Below are positions 63,940 through 64,000 of a stretch of DNA of 64,000 bases, in pieces; the first letter of the stretch is position 1, and each line of letters begins with the position of its first letter. Source of the stretch: an uncultured delta proteobacterium. GTDB lineage: Bacteria; Desulfobacterota; Zymogenia; Zymogenales; Zymogenaceae. The DNA lies in assembly GCA_963735595.1 (NCBI GenBank), contig CAVTLK010000002.1, positions 640,001 to 704,000 of the forward strand, read 5' to 3'. The notes below the pieces were generated by a model that saw only the letters and a program-made list of their open reading frames with translations, was not told the origin of the DNA and ran no database searches. Made by a program: the position numbers and the translations under genes.

Positions 63940-64000
63940 GGACCGCACCTTCTCCTGCCGAGTTGTGCGTAACCATACCACACGAATCCCGGGAAAGTAA

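Noticed and set aside
1..64000. Selenoprotein genes (in-frame TGA) prompted by selC
   Set aside because: No TGA was found at a conserved Cys position with downstream continuation. The breaks seen are explained by indels.

Overview
This is a GC-rich bacterial chromosomal window, most consistent with an anaerobic deltaproteobacterium (Desulfobacterota-like); the lineage is inferred from gene content only. Many genes are split by single-base indels, most likely long-read assembly errors. It contains a cobalamin uptake cluster (btuF-C-D-B-like) with two B12 riboswitches, ddl, an ADP-forming acyl-CoA ligase subunit, two V4R proteins, an AT-rich islet (YaaC-like and YunG-like genes), dnaK, an acyl-CoA dehydrogenase, a porin, tRNA-Sec, tatA, an IspH-UbiA fusion, a 2-hydroxyacyl-CoA dehydratase pair, a DRG-like GTPase and several dispersed palindromic repeat/MITE families. 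The most striking locus is 35.6-39.1 kb. There a membrane zinc-ribbon protein precedes a large exported/membrane protein ending in GGGGGG-CACACACAGCACACA-GGGR, followed 3 nt later by a PqqD/RRE-containing radical SAM/SPASM enzyme. This suggests a RiPP-like post-translational modification of the Cys-Ala tail of a full-size membrane protein.
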